DNA of 54,608 bases from a virus: IMG/VR virus record IMGVR_UViG_3300013383_000035. The stretch is one strand, 5' to 3'. This document shows positions 25,198 to 35,094 of this stretch, piece by piece. The notes beneath the pieces were generated by a model. The model was not told the origin of the DNA. It saw only the letters and a list, made by a program, of their open reading frames with translations, and did not search any database. Position 1 is the first letter of the stretch. Each line of letters opens with the position of its first letter. The position numbers and the translations under genes are program-made.

Positions 25198-25843
25198 CGA
25201 CCCGATATTCCGTCCTCCTGAAAGGTTGCGGATATGGCTCGCACTGCTGTTTGCCGCCGATGAAAACGGCGAAGTTGTTTTCGGCTTGCGCAGGTTTTCA
25301 CAAAGTATAGGAGTATCCACAAGACAACTTAGAAGTGCGATTAAAGCGTTTTGTGAGAATGGGTATGCGACACACGAAGCGACACACGAAGCGACACACA
25401 TAACACTATGCGACATAGTGTGTTGCGCGGAAGTGCGACACACGAAGCGACACACGAAGCGACACGCCCCAATTCCCGAACCGACACTCCCGAGTATAGT
25501 CGTTTCACGGAGTTTTGTTGCTCCCGAATTTACCGAGGCTTGGGACTTGTGGCTCGACTACCGCAAGGAAACCAAACGCCCCTATAAATCCGAAAAGTCC
25601 GAACGCATCGGATACGAACAATTGATAAAGAAGTCTAACAACGACCCACGGCAAGCGCTGGAAATTGTAAAAAACACAATCGCCAACGGCTATCAAGGTC
25701 TATTCGCGCTTAAAGATGAACCAAAATCAAAACGCAATAATCCCGCTGTCAGAAGCACAGACGACCGCTATACAGCTCTGGAACGAGCAGCCGCTTCAAT
25801 ATTATGCGGCAATGACACCGGCGCCTATCCCGGCAATGATTAA
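25163..25843 (+). CDS. Replication initiator / replisome-organiser-like protein
   Basis: N-terminal winged-helix-like region (RLRIWLALLFAADENGEVVF..VSTRQLRSAI), internal iterons, and C-terminal W..W..YRKE..KPYKS..NGYQGLF domain. Confidence 0.55.
   Translation: MDTITISRETFNDPIFRPPERLRIWLALLFAADENGEVVFGLRRFSQSIGVSTRQLRSAIKAFCENGYATHEATHEATHITLCDIVCCAEVRHTKRHTKRHAPIPEPTLPSIVVSRSFVAPEFTEAWDLWLDYRKETKRPYKSEKSERIGYEQLIKKSNNDPRQALEIVKNTIANGYQGLFALKDEPKSKRNNPAVRSTDDRYTALERAAASILCGNDTGAYPGND
25367..25470. repeat. Iteron array of six copies of GCGACACACGAA (four perfect) flanking a dyad ACACTAT-gcgac-ATAGTGT. Candidate replication origin inside the initiator gene
   Basis: Copies at 25367, 25379, 25391 (partial), 25435, 25447 and 25459 (partial). 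They encode ATHEATHEATH and RHTKRHTKRH. Confidence 0.75.
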
Positions 25844-26408
25844 AGCGGACACACCCAATCTTTGGACTATCCGCAATAATCTCGGGCGTGTCAAGGCAAT
25901 AGCCATACTTGTCAATGCACTTGTGCAAACGGCGCGACTTATCAATGTCGAAAATAATCTCACAGAGGCGCAAATAGGTGAGCTTGCCAACGATATTCTT
26001 GACGAATATGGCTTTCTCAAACCTGTTGAGGTCAAAGCCGTCCTCAAACGAGGTTTGCGCTCTAAAATCTTCGGTCGCTTAGATTACAACATCATTATTG
26101 AGTGGTTTGACGATTACATTTGTGAGCGCACATCTATCGCAATGGACATCTCCGACCAAGAAGAAACACAAGCGCAAAATAAGCCCGTTACAGACGTTGC
26201 GGCTGTCGGGTGGGAAGAATATCTATTGATACTCAAAGAACGCGCCAAAAGCGGCGAGAAAGCCGCACAAGACATCCTCGCACAAGTGTCTGACGGCAAC
26301 AAACCAATGGCCGAACTCGGCCAACGTTTTGACGCCCGTAAGAAAGAAAAAGAAATGGAGTTCCAACAATGGAAAGCAAAATACACAAAACAAAAACAAA
26401 ATCAATAA
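25716..26408 (+). CDS. Hypothetical replication-module protein
   Basis: 230-aa ORF that overlaps the previous ORF by 128 nt in another frame, so the true start is uncertain. Confidence 0.5.
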   Translation: MNQNQNAIIPLSEAQTTAIQLWNEQPLQYYAAMTPAPIPAMIKADTPNLWTIRNNLGRVKAIAILVNALVQTARLINVENNLTEAQIGELANDILDEYGFLKPVEVKAVLKRGLRSKIFGRLDYNIIIEWFDDYICERTSIAMDISDQEETQAQNKPVTDVAAVGWEEYLLILKERAKSGEKAAQDILAQVSDGNKPMAELGQRFDARKKEKEMEFQQWKAKYTKQKQNQ

Positions 26409-26611
26409 TGGTTAAGCCGAACTATCATTACGCCCTCGGCTTCAAGTTTAGCAAATTTGAGATGGACTTTGCTGATAGAGCCATTCGCAACGCCAACCGC
26501 TTTATGCAACGTTTCGGCAATGGTCGTGCTGTTCGCGACATCGGCGCTGACGTGTCTTTCCGCCATAAACATAGCTATATACAAGGCCAAATAAATACGG
26601 ACTATGAATAA
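26408..26611 (+). CDS. Hypothetical protein
   Basis: Track ORF 26369-26611. ATG 26408 overlaps the upstream stop. Confidence 0.45.
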   Translation: MVKPNYHYALGFKFSKFEMDFADRAIRNANRFMQRFGNGRAVRDIGADVSFRHKHSYIQGQINTDYE

Positions 26612-27302
26612 GAAAATGATAACAGATAAAATCGTGGTATCCGCCGTCAAGTTAACGGATATTGACCTGCTGCGCCGAGCGGCATCCACCACAATCGGAC
26701 ACGAAAGTCAAATCACACTGGAACGCGCTTACGCCCTCGGACATAGCCTTATGCGCACTCAACTCTTTTGGGTTGAGTGTCGCAATATCCCGCTGTTCGT
26801 TGCGTCCCAACTCGTGCGCTCTCATATTGGCGTCCAATTCTTCCAGCGATCTAAACGCACCGACCGCGGCGGCGCCGACTTTGAGGACATCTGTACCAAT
26901 ATAAGCGACTATCTCGAAGCCGCTTCCGAGTGCGATGATGCAGAATTGCAACATCAAGCACTCGTCAAGGCCGCAACAGACATCCGCTCTATGCCCGAGG
27001 AGTTCGACCGCTATGCCCCTACCGACCTTTCGTTTATCATTAATGCCGAGGCGCTTATCAATTTGGCTCGCAAACGATTATGTTTCAAGGCTTCCGACAT
27101 CACAACTTATGTTGTGGGCTTGATTAACCGTAAAGTAGGCGCTATTGACCGCGACTTAGCCCGGCACCTCGTGCCGCAATGCGTTTACAGAAACGGCCTT
27201 TGCTCCGAACGTCCGTCCTGCGGATTTATTTCTTCGGACGCAGGGAATACTGTTCTAAATAAATATGCTAAGATTTATGGCAAAGACAAAAAAAAGGCTT
27301 GA
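26604..27302 (+). CDS. ThyX-like (flavin-dependent thymidylate synthase fold) protein with a divergent signature
   Basis: QLVRSHIGVQFFQRSKR sits where canonical ThyX has RHRxxSxxxxSxR. 232 aa. Confidence 0.6.
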   Translation: MNKKMITDKIVVSAVKLTDIDLLRRAASTTIGHESQITLERAYALGHSLMRTQLFWVECRNIPLFVASQLVRSHIGVQFFQRSKRTDRGGADFEDICTNISDYLEAASECDDAELQHQALVKAATDIRSMPEEFDRYAPTDLSFIINAEALINLARKRLCFKASDITTYVVGLINRKVGAIDRDLARHLVPQCVYRNGLCSERPSCGFISSDAGNTVLNKYAKIYGKDKKKA

Positions 27303-27600
27303 AGACCATATTGTGGAAACGGTTTGCGGCTGCTACGGCTACTCGTTGGAGGAGCTTAGACAGCCAAACGGCAAATATACTTGCGGTATTGCACGTAAGA
27401 TGCTGGCTTACATCTTGTATAAGTTTACACCGCATACCCGCTCTTGGATTGGCCTTTATCTTAGGCGCTCGGCAACGGTTGTTACCAATTACGTATCACA
27501 AACCGAATGGGACATAGAACACTCCCATATAGCCCGCGAGAATTACGAATACATTTTAGATACACTCAATCTAACAAAAGAAAATGAAATTAACAGGTAA
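27265..27600 (+). CDS. DnaA C-terminal-domain-like HTH protein
   Basis: ..CGIARKMLAYILYKFTPHTRSWIGLYLRRSATVVTNYV.. resembles DnaA domain IV. Confidence 0.55.
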   Translation: MLRFMAKTKKRLEDHIVETVCGCYGYSLEELRQPNGKYTCGIARKMLAYILYKFTPHTRSWIGLYLRRSATVVTNYVSQTEWDIEHSHIARENYEYILDTLNLTKENEINR

Positions 27601-27979
27601 GATTACTAAGGCTTTTCCCGAGATTAAGGGGATGACAAAAACAAACAATCTGTGGCGCAAACGCGAATTTATCGTTACCTACGATGAGTCTAACGCCAAC
27701 TATCCCAAGTCTATCCTTTTCTCCGTAATGAATGACCGCATAGATACCCTTAACATCCAAGAGGGCGGCGTTTACGAGCTTGATATTGATTTCGAGACTC
27801 GTGAGTATAACGGACGTTGGTGGATGTCGGCAACCGTTTGGCGTGCCACGCTTCAAGTCGGCGCTCCGCAGGCGCAAGTCCAAACGCCTCCGCCGGTCCC
27901 CATTGCTCCGCATCCGCCTATCGGCGTTGCTCCGCTGCAACCTGCATCAGACCCTAACGGCGAAAATCTGCCGTTCTAA
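27584..27979 (+). CDS. DUF3127-type OB-fold protein, SSB-like
   Basis: MKLTGKITKAFPEIKG...REFIV, a Pro-rich linker and a C-terminal ..NGENLPF tip resembling the SSB acidic tail. Confidence 0.6.
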   Translation: MKLTGKITKAFPEIKGMTKTNNLWRKREFIVTYDESNANYPKSILFSVMNDRIDTLNIQEGGVYELDIDFETREYNGRWWMSATVWRATLQVGAPQAQVQTPPPVPIAPHPPIGVAPLQPASDPNGENLPF

Positions 27980-28083
27980 GCGCGAATTACCGCGCCGACT
28001 TTTACTCTGTCAATCAATATGTCATCGCGGCTAAACCGCACATTTGCCACGTATTTTTGATTGTTTTTATTGGTTCTGTCAAC

Positions 28084-28131
28084 GACCCGAGCATCCAAAT
28101 GTTGAAATAACAACAATCAGATGCTCGGGTC
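28084..28131. terminator. Hairpin between convergent operons (gacccgagcatc / gatgctcgggtc)
   Basis: 12-bp perfect stem with a 24-nt loop. Confidence 0.5.
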
Positions 28132-28157
28132 GCTTTGTTTACGGCTAAGCCAAACGA

Positions 28158-31100
28158 TTAAATATTCGCCTTAACCCATTGTCTTGTCGTTTCGTCAAAT
28201 TTATATATACCCGTTTCGTCAACTTTCAGCCCGATATTGCCTGCTCGCATAACCAACTTGCCCTCCTTGCATAGGAATGTTGTTGTTCCCCACGTAAAAC
28301 GCACTCCGTCATTGCCGATATTGTTGCCGGGGGCTTCGCCGTAACGCCCATAACCCTTGACGGTTAAGGTTGATGGTGTAAGTTCTTCGGTAAAGTTGCT
28401 TGTCGGTATTATCCATGCGGAAGTCGCTATGATTATTGTGTATGTTCCGGCTGTGTTCACCACTTCACTAAACGTACAAGTCGCCTGATATTCATTCCCT
28501 TTCTTAATCATTTGCAGGGTTCTCTCCCGATACGTCTGTCCGTTAAGTGCCAATCGCGCTATTATCGCTCCCGACACAATGTTGTCTGTCATCGGGATGC
28601 GCAGGCTGATTGTCGCCGAGATACTCGACCCTTCAGTCAGTGGTTGACTGCCTATCGCTATGGATGCAAGCGTGTCGTTGTTAAGATATGCGCCGTCTTG
28701 TATCGCAATTGCTGTTGGGTCTGCGCCGCTATTGTCCACTCGCTTAAAAGATAGCGAAATGGATTTGGTTTGGTTTAGGCTTACGCTGCTTTGGCTCTCG
28801 CTCGTAACATCATCGCCGATGCTCTGATTGGATATGCGTAATAGCGTATCGCCCGAGTCTTTATCTTGCAGCTTCAAGCCCTCATTATCAAGGATTACAT
28901 TTTCGCCTACCTCCATTGTTTTCGCGTTAAAACGCACAGTGTTTGCTGCGGCGTAAGCTGTGCCGTCCGCACGCACAAGGAACTTGGCCGCATTGGCCGA
29001 GGCGTCATCGTTAGCAGCATCCTCCATTGCACCGCCTGCCCATAACATCGGCGTAGTACCACCATCCCAAACGCCATTCATTCCTGCGCGAACAATATAG
29101 CTGTCTGTCGTTTTCTCCCCGACTTGTATTAAGGACGTCAAAATCAAACCTCCGCTTACGCTCGTGCTTTGCCCTAACGCCTTTTTTATATAATCTAAAT
29201 TGGTTATACGGTCGGCATTGTCGTGATTATTGGGGCACCACGCTGTGGCTTTTTTGCCCTTTTCTATCTTCGGTTGCGATATATATATCGTGCCGTTTCG
29301 CTGCAAGTATATCTGCATAAATACGGACACGGCATTGGCCGAGGCTGTAAACGTTTGTTCGAAATATACCCACTCGCCTTTTACTAATTTCGGTTTAAGT
29401 CGCACACAAGTCAGTCCCTCATTCTTGTATTCCGCCGTCTGCGAGCCAACAAGCATGTCGGCATTGTAATCTAACGTGGTCAAGTCATCACAGCGAACAT
29501 ATACGCTTGCTGTATATTGTTCGCCGGGCTTAGTCGTAAGTGTTTGCGGTGTGTATTGGTTGAACTGCACCATTCCATAATACTTGTCCTTAGTGTTGCC
29601 GCTTGTGCTTAGCCTTACACTGTTGTAACCATTATGCTTATATGATGTATCTGTTACGACAACAGCGATATTGCCATTGCTTGACCAACCATTGCTACCC
29701 CCCTCGAAGGCGCTGTTATAAATCATATTCTCGCCAACATACGGCGCAGTGTCCGCTATGTAGTCGGGCAGAGTTTGGTTTCCGACTTTGCTTGTAACTT
29801 CGAGGGTGCAATTAGTCGTAATCTTGCCGTCCAGCATCTCTAAGTACTGGTCGTCTTTATTGCCTATGAAGAAGCGCGGTTTGCCGTTATACACGCCCGT
29901 TTGCCGCCCGACATAGAAATACTCGTCCCCAACTGCGTCAACGCTGTCAAGACCCTCCAAATAGCGCTCATAACCACCTCCGATAACATCACGCACCTTA
30001 ACATACTGGCGCTCGGCATTAGTGTAATTGCCATACTGCACAATTACATCGCATGCGCTCGGTATGCCCGTGCCGTTGACAATAGCCCCCGAAAGTGTGA
30101 GGTTGTCCAAGCCTACGGCGACAACCTTGCGTTTATAAGTCTTGATAATTTGATTTTCGGCGTCATAGCGCGTACAATAAGCCACATCGCCAACCTCAAA
30201 CAGATTGGCTACGCTGCCGCCTTTTTGGTCGAAATAACATACGTAATCATCGCCGCTTTTGACCACGGAATATACCTCCATATTCGCGGCACTCTCTATG
30301 ATTGTGCCACCTCGTGCACTTATCTGATTAATAACCAATGTGTTGACTTTCAACTCGCGCCGAGTTACTATATTATCAACCTCGAAAACCCAGTTATTGT
30401 CGGCATCCTTGTACATCCCCCAGCCTAAGCCGTCGACACTACCCTTGCGAAAATCATCGCTGGTTAACAACGAGGCGAATTTGGTAGGCGAAATACTCAT
30501 ATCGCTTATGCCGTCTTTGCGCAGATATAACTTGTCGCCTATGGCTCGCACTATCTGCTCTGTGTTGCCCAACGATCCTAAGCGCTTTTGTATTTCTTCG
30601 ACATCGCCGCTTAATGTTGCAATACTGCTTGTCCCCGATTCGTATTTATCGCTTAGTACTATCTCTAAATCGGGCAATATACTCCCCTCTACATTAAAAG
30701 TCTTGGTGATACTCTGCACGTATAGGCTTTCATACGCTTTACCGGTTATCAATTTAGGGTCGCGCAAACGCAGTGTACATCCCTCACTTATTTGGTCGAA
30801 AAGGGTGTATTTTCCAATCTCATCTTTGGCTTTGTTGTTTATGCGGACTTTGTCTGTCGTTACAACCCACGTAGGTTTGGAGTTTGCCGTTTCTTTGAGT
30901 TTTTCTTCTTTGTATTCGCGCAACCGCTTTTCCGCCCAAAGGGTATAATCATGCGTCATCTCCGTGCCGATAAACACAAAGTGGTCGCCCGCCTTACCTT
31001 GTTGTCGTGTGCTCGGCACATACAGCCCCGTACTCTCTAAGTCGGCATCGCTCTTAGCCAACGTTATACGCCAGTGACTCGCTACGCCGTTTAGGGTCTT

Positions 31101-32942
31101 GCTTGTGTCATAAACAGGGTATTTGGTAATTACAAACTCATAGTCATCACTGATGGCCAACATGCCGTCTGTAAACATCATCTTGGCTTCGCTGCCCGTG
31201 CGGTCGCCTAATATGGGCTTCCATACGCGCTCGGCGTACTCTATATCGGTCTCGTTTTCTTTTTTGACGCTGTCCCAAATGTTCTTAACCCATACGTCAA
31301 AGGTGTTACCCCAGTTGTTGTCGGACGCATCGGCTAACGTGAGTTGCCCATCGGGTATGCCGAGTTCTACGGATATTTCATTGTCTTTTACCAATGACGT
31401 TACCGACACGGTACACTCATAATACCATTCTCCCTCTGTTAATCCTCCCGTGCTATGCTCGCCGCCTCCGCCCGCAGGGTAAACCTTTGTTGCATAATCG
31501 GTTATCTGTGTACTTGACTCTACATCAAGTTCATCGACTACTAAATACCACGAGAAAAATTGTATATTGGTTGTTGCCCGTAATATCTTGGGCGTAACAT
31601 CCAAATTTGCGGTCTTGCCTTTTGGCACGGTGAATGTGCCGTTGCTACGTATAACCGCCGATTTAGTGCCTGCCGCCGCAAGATTCTTTATTACAACATT
31701 CTTCGGGTCGCTTAGGTTTACAAGTTGCACTTCGGACTTGGCGGCGTCTTTATAATCGTCTGTCGTTACTTGCTCTACGTCTACGGCTTCATCTATGCGT
31801 CCGTATGGATTTACCGTTATACCTTGTATGGTAGGATATATATCTGTGGCGTTTTCCAAACCATTCCACAACTCGCCGTATTTGCTTATGCTTGCGTCAT
31901 CCTTGACGTACTCCACAGGGTCGAACTTGGCATCGGTGTGCCCTTTTGCGTAAGCCCAATCGGTTACGCCACGCGTTACGTCATAGCCTTCAACGGCAAT
32001 TGCCTCGTTTGTCGTTTTGTCTATTATCGGATTGCCGTCCTTGTCCGTAAGCTGTCTGTTGTTATTGGTTTTCCATCCTTGCACGTAACAGCGGAAGTTA
32101 TAATCTCTTAGCGCATCAAAGTATATATTGGCCAATTCGGGTATCCAGTCGGGGTCGGGACGATAATCGGGATTGTTGCTATCTATATCTTTGAAGTATC
32201 TAAACGGTAAGTTTTCTTCGCCGCCACGCCCTAATAGAATGTTGTATAGGGTGTCATCCTGCACCTGACGTTCGATTTTCAGCAAACCGCCCTCAAAACC
32301 GTACTGAAAGATATGGTCTATCTCGGCGGCTGCATAGCCTATCTTGATTACATAGCGCTCGCCACCCTTCTTGTCGTTGTCGTTGTCGCTTGCGGCTTCT
32401 ATCGTCCAGCGCACATTGTAAAGCTCATATAGTTTGAGTATTACATCCCAAATATGCGAATAACTGATGCTTACGGTCGCAACCTCGGTGTTGCTCACCG
32501 CTACATTCTTATTAAGGTCTACTTTGATTTGCTCGCCGTAATTGCGCTGCAATACCTGCCCAAGTAAATCGGCAAAGTCTTTAAGGTTTAACGACACACT
32601 CGCAAGGTATTTATCCGCAACCGCCGTCCCTGTGTCTGTGGGCTGTATGGTCGTGAAATATTTGCGCTTCAATTGATATATTGCCCAGTGCTGGAATGTC
32701 ATCTCGCCCGAAACATCAAACGCCGTGTTTTCTTTACTTAATCCCGGCTCTTTAAGCGGCATTATGTATTTTTCACCGCGATATTCGAGTTCCCAGTCGT
32801 AAGGCGCTATTTCTTCATCCGACTGATAGCCTATTTGCGCTGTCGCGGTTATGGTCTTTTCTCCCATATCCGCACAATTGACTTTAATTTCGCCCGTAAG
32901 CGCTATGTCGGCGGGTATTAATAATATCTTGATTTGCTCCAT
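28158..32942 (-). CDS. Large distal tail / receptor-binding (tail fibre-like) protein, 1594 aa
   Basis: Size and position as the last gene of the tail module. Confidence 0.7.
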   Translation of the reverse strand: MEQIKILLIPADIALTGEIKVNCADMGEKTITATAQIGYQSDEEIAPYDWELEYRGEKYIMPLKEPGLSKENTAFDVSGEMTFQHWAIYQLKRKYFTTIQPTDTGTAVADKYLASVSLNLKDFADLLGQVLQRNYGEQIKVDLNKNVAVSNTEVATVSISYSHIWDVILKLYELYNVRWTIEAASDNDNDKKGGERYVIKIGYAAAEIDHIFQYGFEGGLLKIERQVQDDTLYNILLGRGGEENLPFRYFKDIDSNNPDYRPDPDWIPELANIYFDALRDYNFRCYVQGWKTNNNRQLTDKDGNPIIDKTTNEAIAVEGYDVTRGVTDWAYAKGHTDAKFDPVEYVKDDASISKYGELWNGLENATDIYPTIQGITVNPYGRIDEAVDVEQVTTDDYKDAAKSEVQLVNLSDPKNVVIKNLAAAGTKSAVIRSNGTFTVPKGKTANLDVTPKILRATTNIQFFSWYLVVDELDVESSTQITDYATKVYPAGGGGEHSTGGLTEGEWYYECTVSVTSLVKDNEISVELGIPDGQLTLADASDNNWGNTFDVWVKNIWDSVKKENETDIEYAERVWKPILGDRTGSEAKMMFTDGMLAISDDYEFVITKYPVYDTSKTLNGVASHWRITLAKSDADLESTGLYVPSTRQQGKAGDHFVFIGTEMTHDYTLWAEKRLREYKEEKLKETANSKPTWVVTTDKVRINNKAKDEIGKYTLFDQISEGCTLRLRDPKLITGKAYESLYVQSITKTFNVEGSILPDLEIVLSDKYESGTSSIATLSGDVEEIQKRLGSLGNTEQIVRAIGDKLYLRKDGISDMSISPTKFASLLTSDDFRKGSVDGLGWGMYKDADNNWVFEVDNIVTRRELKVNTLVINQISARGGTIIESAANMEVYSVVKSGDDYVCYFDQKGGSVANLFEVGDVAYCTRYDAENQIIKTYKRKVVAVGLDNLTLSGAIVNGTGIPSACDVIVQYGNYTNAERQYVKVRDVIGGGYERYLEGLDSVDAVGDEYFYVGRQTGVYNGKPRFFIGNKDDQYLEMLDGKITTNCTLEVTSKVGNQTLPDYIADTAPYVGENMIYNSAFEGGSNGWSSNGNIAVVVTDTSYKHNGYNSVRLSTSGNTKDKYYGMVQFNQYTPQTLTTKPGEQYTASVYVRCDDLTTLDYNADMLVGSQTAEYKNEGLTCVRLKPKLVKGEWVYFEQTFTASANAVSVFMQIYLQRNGTIYISQPKIEKGKKATAWCPNNHDNADRITNLDYIKKALGQSTSVSGGLILTSLIQVGEKTTDSYIVRAGMNGVWDGGTTPMLWAGGAMEDAANDDASANAAKFLVRADGTAYAAANTVRFNAKTMEVGENVILDNEGLKLQDKDSGDTLLRISNQSIGDDVTSESQSSVSLNQTKSISLSFKRVDNSGADPTAIAIQDGAYLNNDTLASIAIGSQPLTEGSSISATISLRIPMTDNIVSGAIIARLALNGQTYRERTLQMIKKGNEYQATCTFSEVVNTAGTYTIIIATSAWIIPTSNFTEELTPSTLTVKGYGRYGEAPGNNIGNDGVRFTWGTTTFLCKEGKLVMRAGNIGLKVDETGIYKFDETTRQWVKANI

Positions 32943-32943
32943 T

Positions 32944-34128
32944 TTATTTTGCTCGCTTAAATACTATATACGAATCGGTGTCCTCGCGGAGATTGTATGT
33001 AATAAAGTCAACCTTGCCATCATCCGCTTTGGAGGTGTATTCTAGAATCAAAAAATACTCTTCAGCCGCTTGATAGTCAATAACCGTCCCCGCATCATCT
33101 TTCAGTACCCAATACGGGGCATTTCCGTATGTTCGCGTATGGCCGCTTACACTGTCGCCCTTGCGCAACGGTATGGTAATATAGCGCAGATAGTCGTGCG
33201 CACCTACTTCCCCGTTCGCTGCCATACAGCCTATCGTGCCGCTTACAACATCAAAGCGCACACTCTCGGCATTGTGATTGACTACGGCGTAACAATCATT
33301 TGCGCCGTTACGGATATTAAATGTGAAGTACACGGTATCTTCATATTCAGACTCATATGCAAACGGCTCATAAGCATCTGTGCGCGGCTGTTTGTACGCC
33401 AACGCCTTGCCGCTCGCATCGGTTACTATCCAATGACACGCATTGCCGTATGCTTGCGTATGGCCGCTTACACTGTCGCCCTTGCGCAACGGTATGGTAA
33501 TATAGCGCAGATAGTCGTGCGCCCACACTTTTGCCGTAGTCGTGCCATCAGGCAGCATTATCGGGAGGTTCTCGGAAGGGACGGTAAGTCCCCAGCAGCC
33601 GGGTTCGGAGTCTGTGGTATTGTATACAACTTCTGCCATTCCGTCTGTGTATCGTGTCGTTGCCCAAACACATTCTTTGGGGTTGTTTACGCGGATTGTC
33701 AACTCGAACACCATCCAATCACTACCGGCGTAAGAGTCTGTATGGAATACCTCTGTCGGCTCACTTATCGGCTTGGGATAGCCTACAATCTTGACGCGGT
33801 TTAGGTCGTTATACAGCGTTATTTTCTTCGCCGTTACAATGCCGCTGTCATCGCGACTAAACAACAACTTGTTAAAGTCGTCTATACGATTATTGACGCT
33901 CGTTTTGTTGCCGTTTAAGGATTCTACAAGGAATTTAACCTTATAATCAAAGGCAACCTCTATCGTGCGCGGGTCTATGTGCTCCTCGGCGTCCTCCACG
34001 TACTTTGTCGAAGTATAGTCTTGAATGTCAGAAGCGGTACGCTCGTCCGCATCAAGATATACAAATCCATACTTGTCATAGGAGTCATATATTTCTCCAT
34101 TCTCTATCTGTATTCTTGCCCTAATCAT
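32944..34128 (-). CDS. Distal tail protein with two tandem homologous modules
   Basis: 394 aa with AHDYLRYITIPLRKGDSVSGHT duplicated. Confidence 0.6.
   Translation of the reverse strand: MIRARIQIENGEIYDSYDKYGFVYLDADERTASDIQDYTSTKYVEDAEEHIDPRTIEVAFDYKVKFLVESLNGNKTSVNNRIDDFNKLLFSRDDSGIVTAKKITLYNDLNRVKIVGYPKPISEPTEVFHTDSYAGSDWMVFELTIRVNNPKECVWATTRYTDGMAEVVYNTTDSEPGCWGLTVPSENLPIMLPDGTTTAKVWAHDYLRYITIPLRKGDSVSGHTQAYGNACHWIVTDASGKALAYKQPRTDAYEPFAYESEYEDTVYFTFNIRNGANDCYAVVNHNAESVRFDVVSGTIGCMAANGEVGAHDYLRYITIPLRKGDSVSGHTRTYGNAPYWVLKDDAGTVIDYQAAEEYFLILEYTSKADDGKVDFITYNLREDTDSYIVFKRAK
33135..33201. repeat. 67-bp perfect direct repeat, copy 1 (inside 32944-34128)
   Basis: Identical to 33456-33522, while the flanks have diverged. 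Confidence 0.9.
33456..33522. repeat. 67-bp perfect direct repeat, copy 2
   Basis: Identical to 33135-33201. Confidence 0.9.
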
Positions 34129-34615
34129 TATCTTCTTTGGTTTCTTTGACCGTTAGATTGTATGGTATATATTTTATCGGTATCTTTTGGGGCGGCTTGC
34201 GGCGAACACACTCGTCTTTACCCTCGCCGTGTTCTCGCTGACAATGCCAAAGTTTATAAAAATCTCGCTCTTGCTTTAATTCGCTTATCTCGTTTGCGTC
34301 TTTCAATCGCTCGTTTTGCAAGGAACTTAGAGCGTCTTGCAGCTTCCTTATTACCTGTGTCTTATCCTCTATGATGTCCTCTTTCCGCGCCGCAAGTTTT
34401 ATCTGGGCTTCGAGCTGTGAGTTCAGTACATCTATACTCTTGTGGGTGGCTTCAAGGCGCTTTTCGTATAAATCCCATTGCGCCGCATCAGCTTCGGCAT
34501 TGGCCTTGTCGGCTTCGGCATCCTTAATGCGGCGGTTTGCGCTGCGATAAAACATCCACCCTACCAGCGTGGAGCATCCTAAAACCGCACTGACTATTCC
34601 TAATATTATCTCCAT
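34121..34615 (-). CDS. N-terminally anchored coiled-coil membrane protein (lysis accessory, i-spanin- or holin-like)
   Basis: TM helix MEIILGIVSAVLGCSTLVGWMF followed by a long heptad-rich helix. Confidence 0.45.
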   Translation of the reverse strand: MEIILGIVSAVLGCSTLVGWMFYRSANRRIKDAEADKANAEADAAQWDLYEKRLEATHKSIDVLNSQLEAQIKLAARKEDIIEDKTQVIRKLQDALSSLQNERLKDANEISELKQERDFYKLWHCQREHGEGKDECVRRKPPQKIPIKYIPYNLTVKETKEDND

Positions 34616-34620
34616 TCGGC

Positions 34621-35094
34621 TTATAGGATTTTGCGGTTTATTCGTTTGTATGTGGCGTATTCGCCATTATCTATCTTGACTTCGGCATCGTAAATATACA
34701 AAGGTACGCATATCGGATTTCCTGCGTTGCGCCGTTGGTTGCACTTTATGCTCATTTTACTGCCGTTTGCGAAATACAGCATCGGGATTACACTGCTGTC
34801 GTAATCCATTGCCACGCGTACCCAGCCGTTGCAGTTGTGAAACACGTACATTGCACCGCTTAGAACTTCTCCCCTAAATGTCTTATTTACATATATGCCG
34901 TTATCGGCACAATCACTAAAATATTCACCAATAATTGTAAGGTCGGGATAGTGGTTTTCCAAGCACCAATCAACCATTACTTTATAATAATCAAGCAGGC
35001 CTTTGCGGTCTAATTTATTGAGTCGGCCATAGCCGTCGACACACACTCCGCACGCCTTTGCCTGCTGTATTAACATTTCTCTTAATTCACTCAT
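34621..35094 (-). CDS. Hypothetical protein
   Basis: 157-aa ORF. Confidence 0.5.
   Translation of the reverse strand: MSELREMLIQQAKACGVCVDGYGRLNKLDRKGLLDYYKVMVDWCLENHYPDLTIIGEYFSDCADNGIYVNKTFRGEVLSGAMYVFHNCNGWVRVAMDYDSSVIPMLYFANGSKMSIKCNQRRNAGNPICVPLYIYDAEVKIDNGEYATYKRINRKIL

Noticed and set aside
33135-33522. Template/variable repeat pair of a diversity-generating retroelement
   Set aside because: The two copies are 100 percent identical with no adenine-specific differences. Both lie inside the same ORF as a direct duplication, and no reverse transcriptase is encoded anywhere in the genome.
28512-33804. Many 60-240-aa ORFs antisense or out of frame inside the two large tail genes (for example 29901-30428, 30340-30948, 33070-33804)
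   Set aside because: They are fully nested in long, well-supported minus-strand genes and have low-complexity translations.
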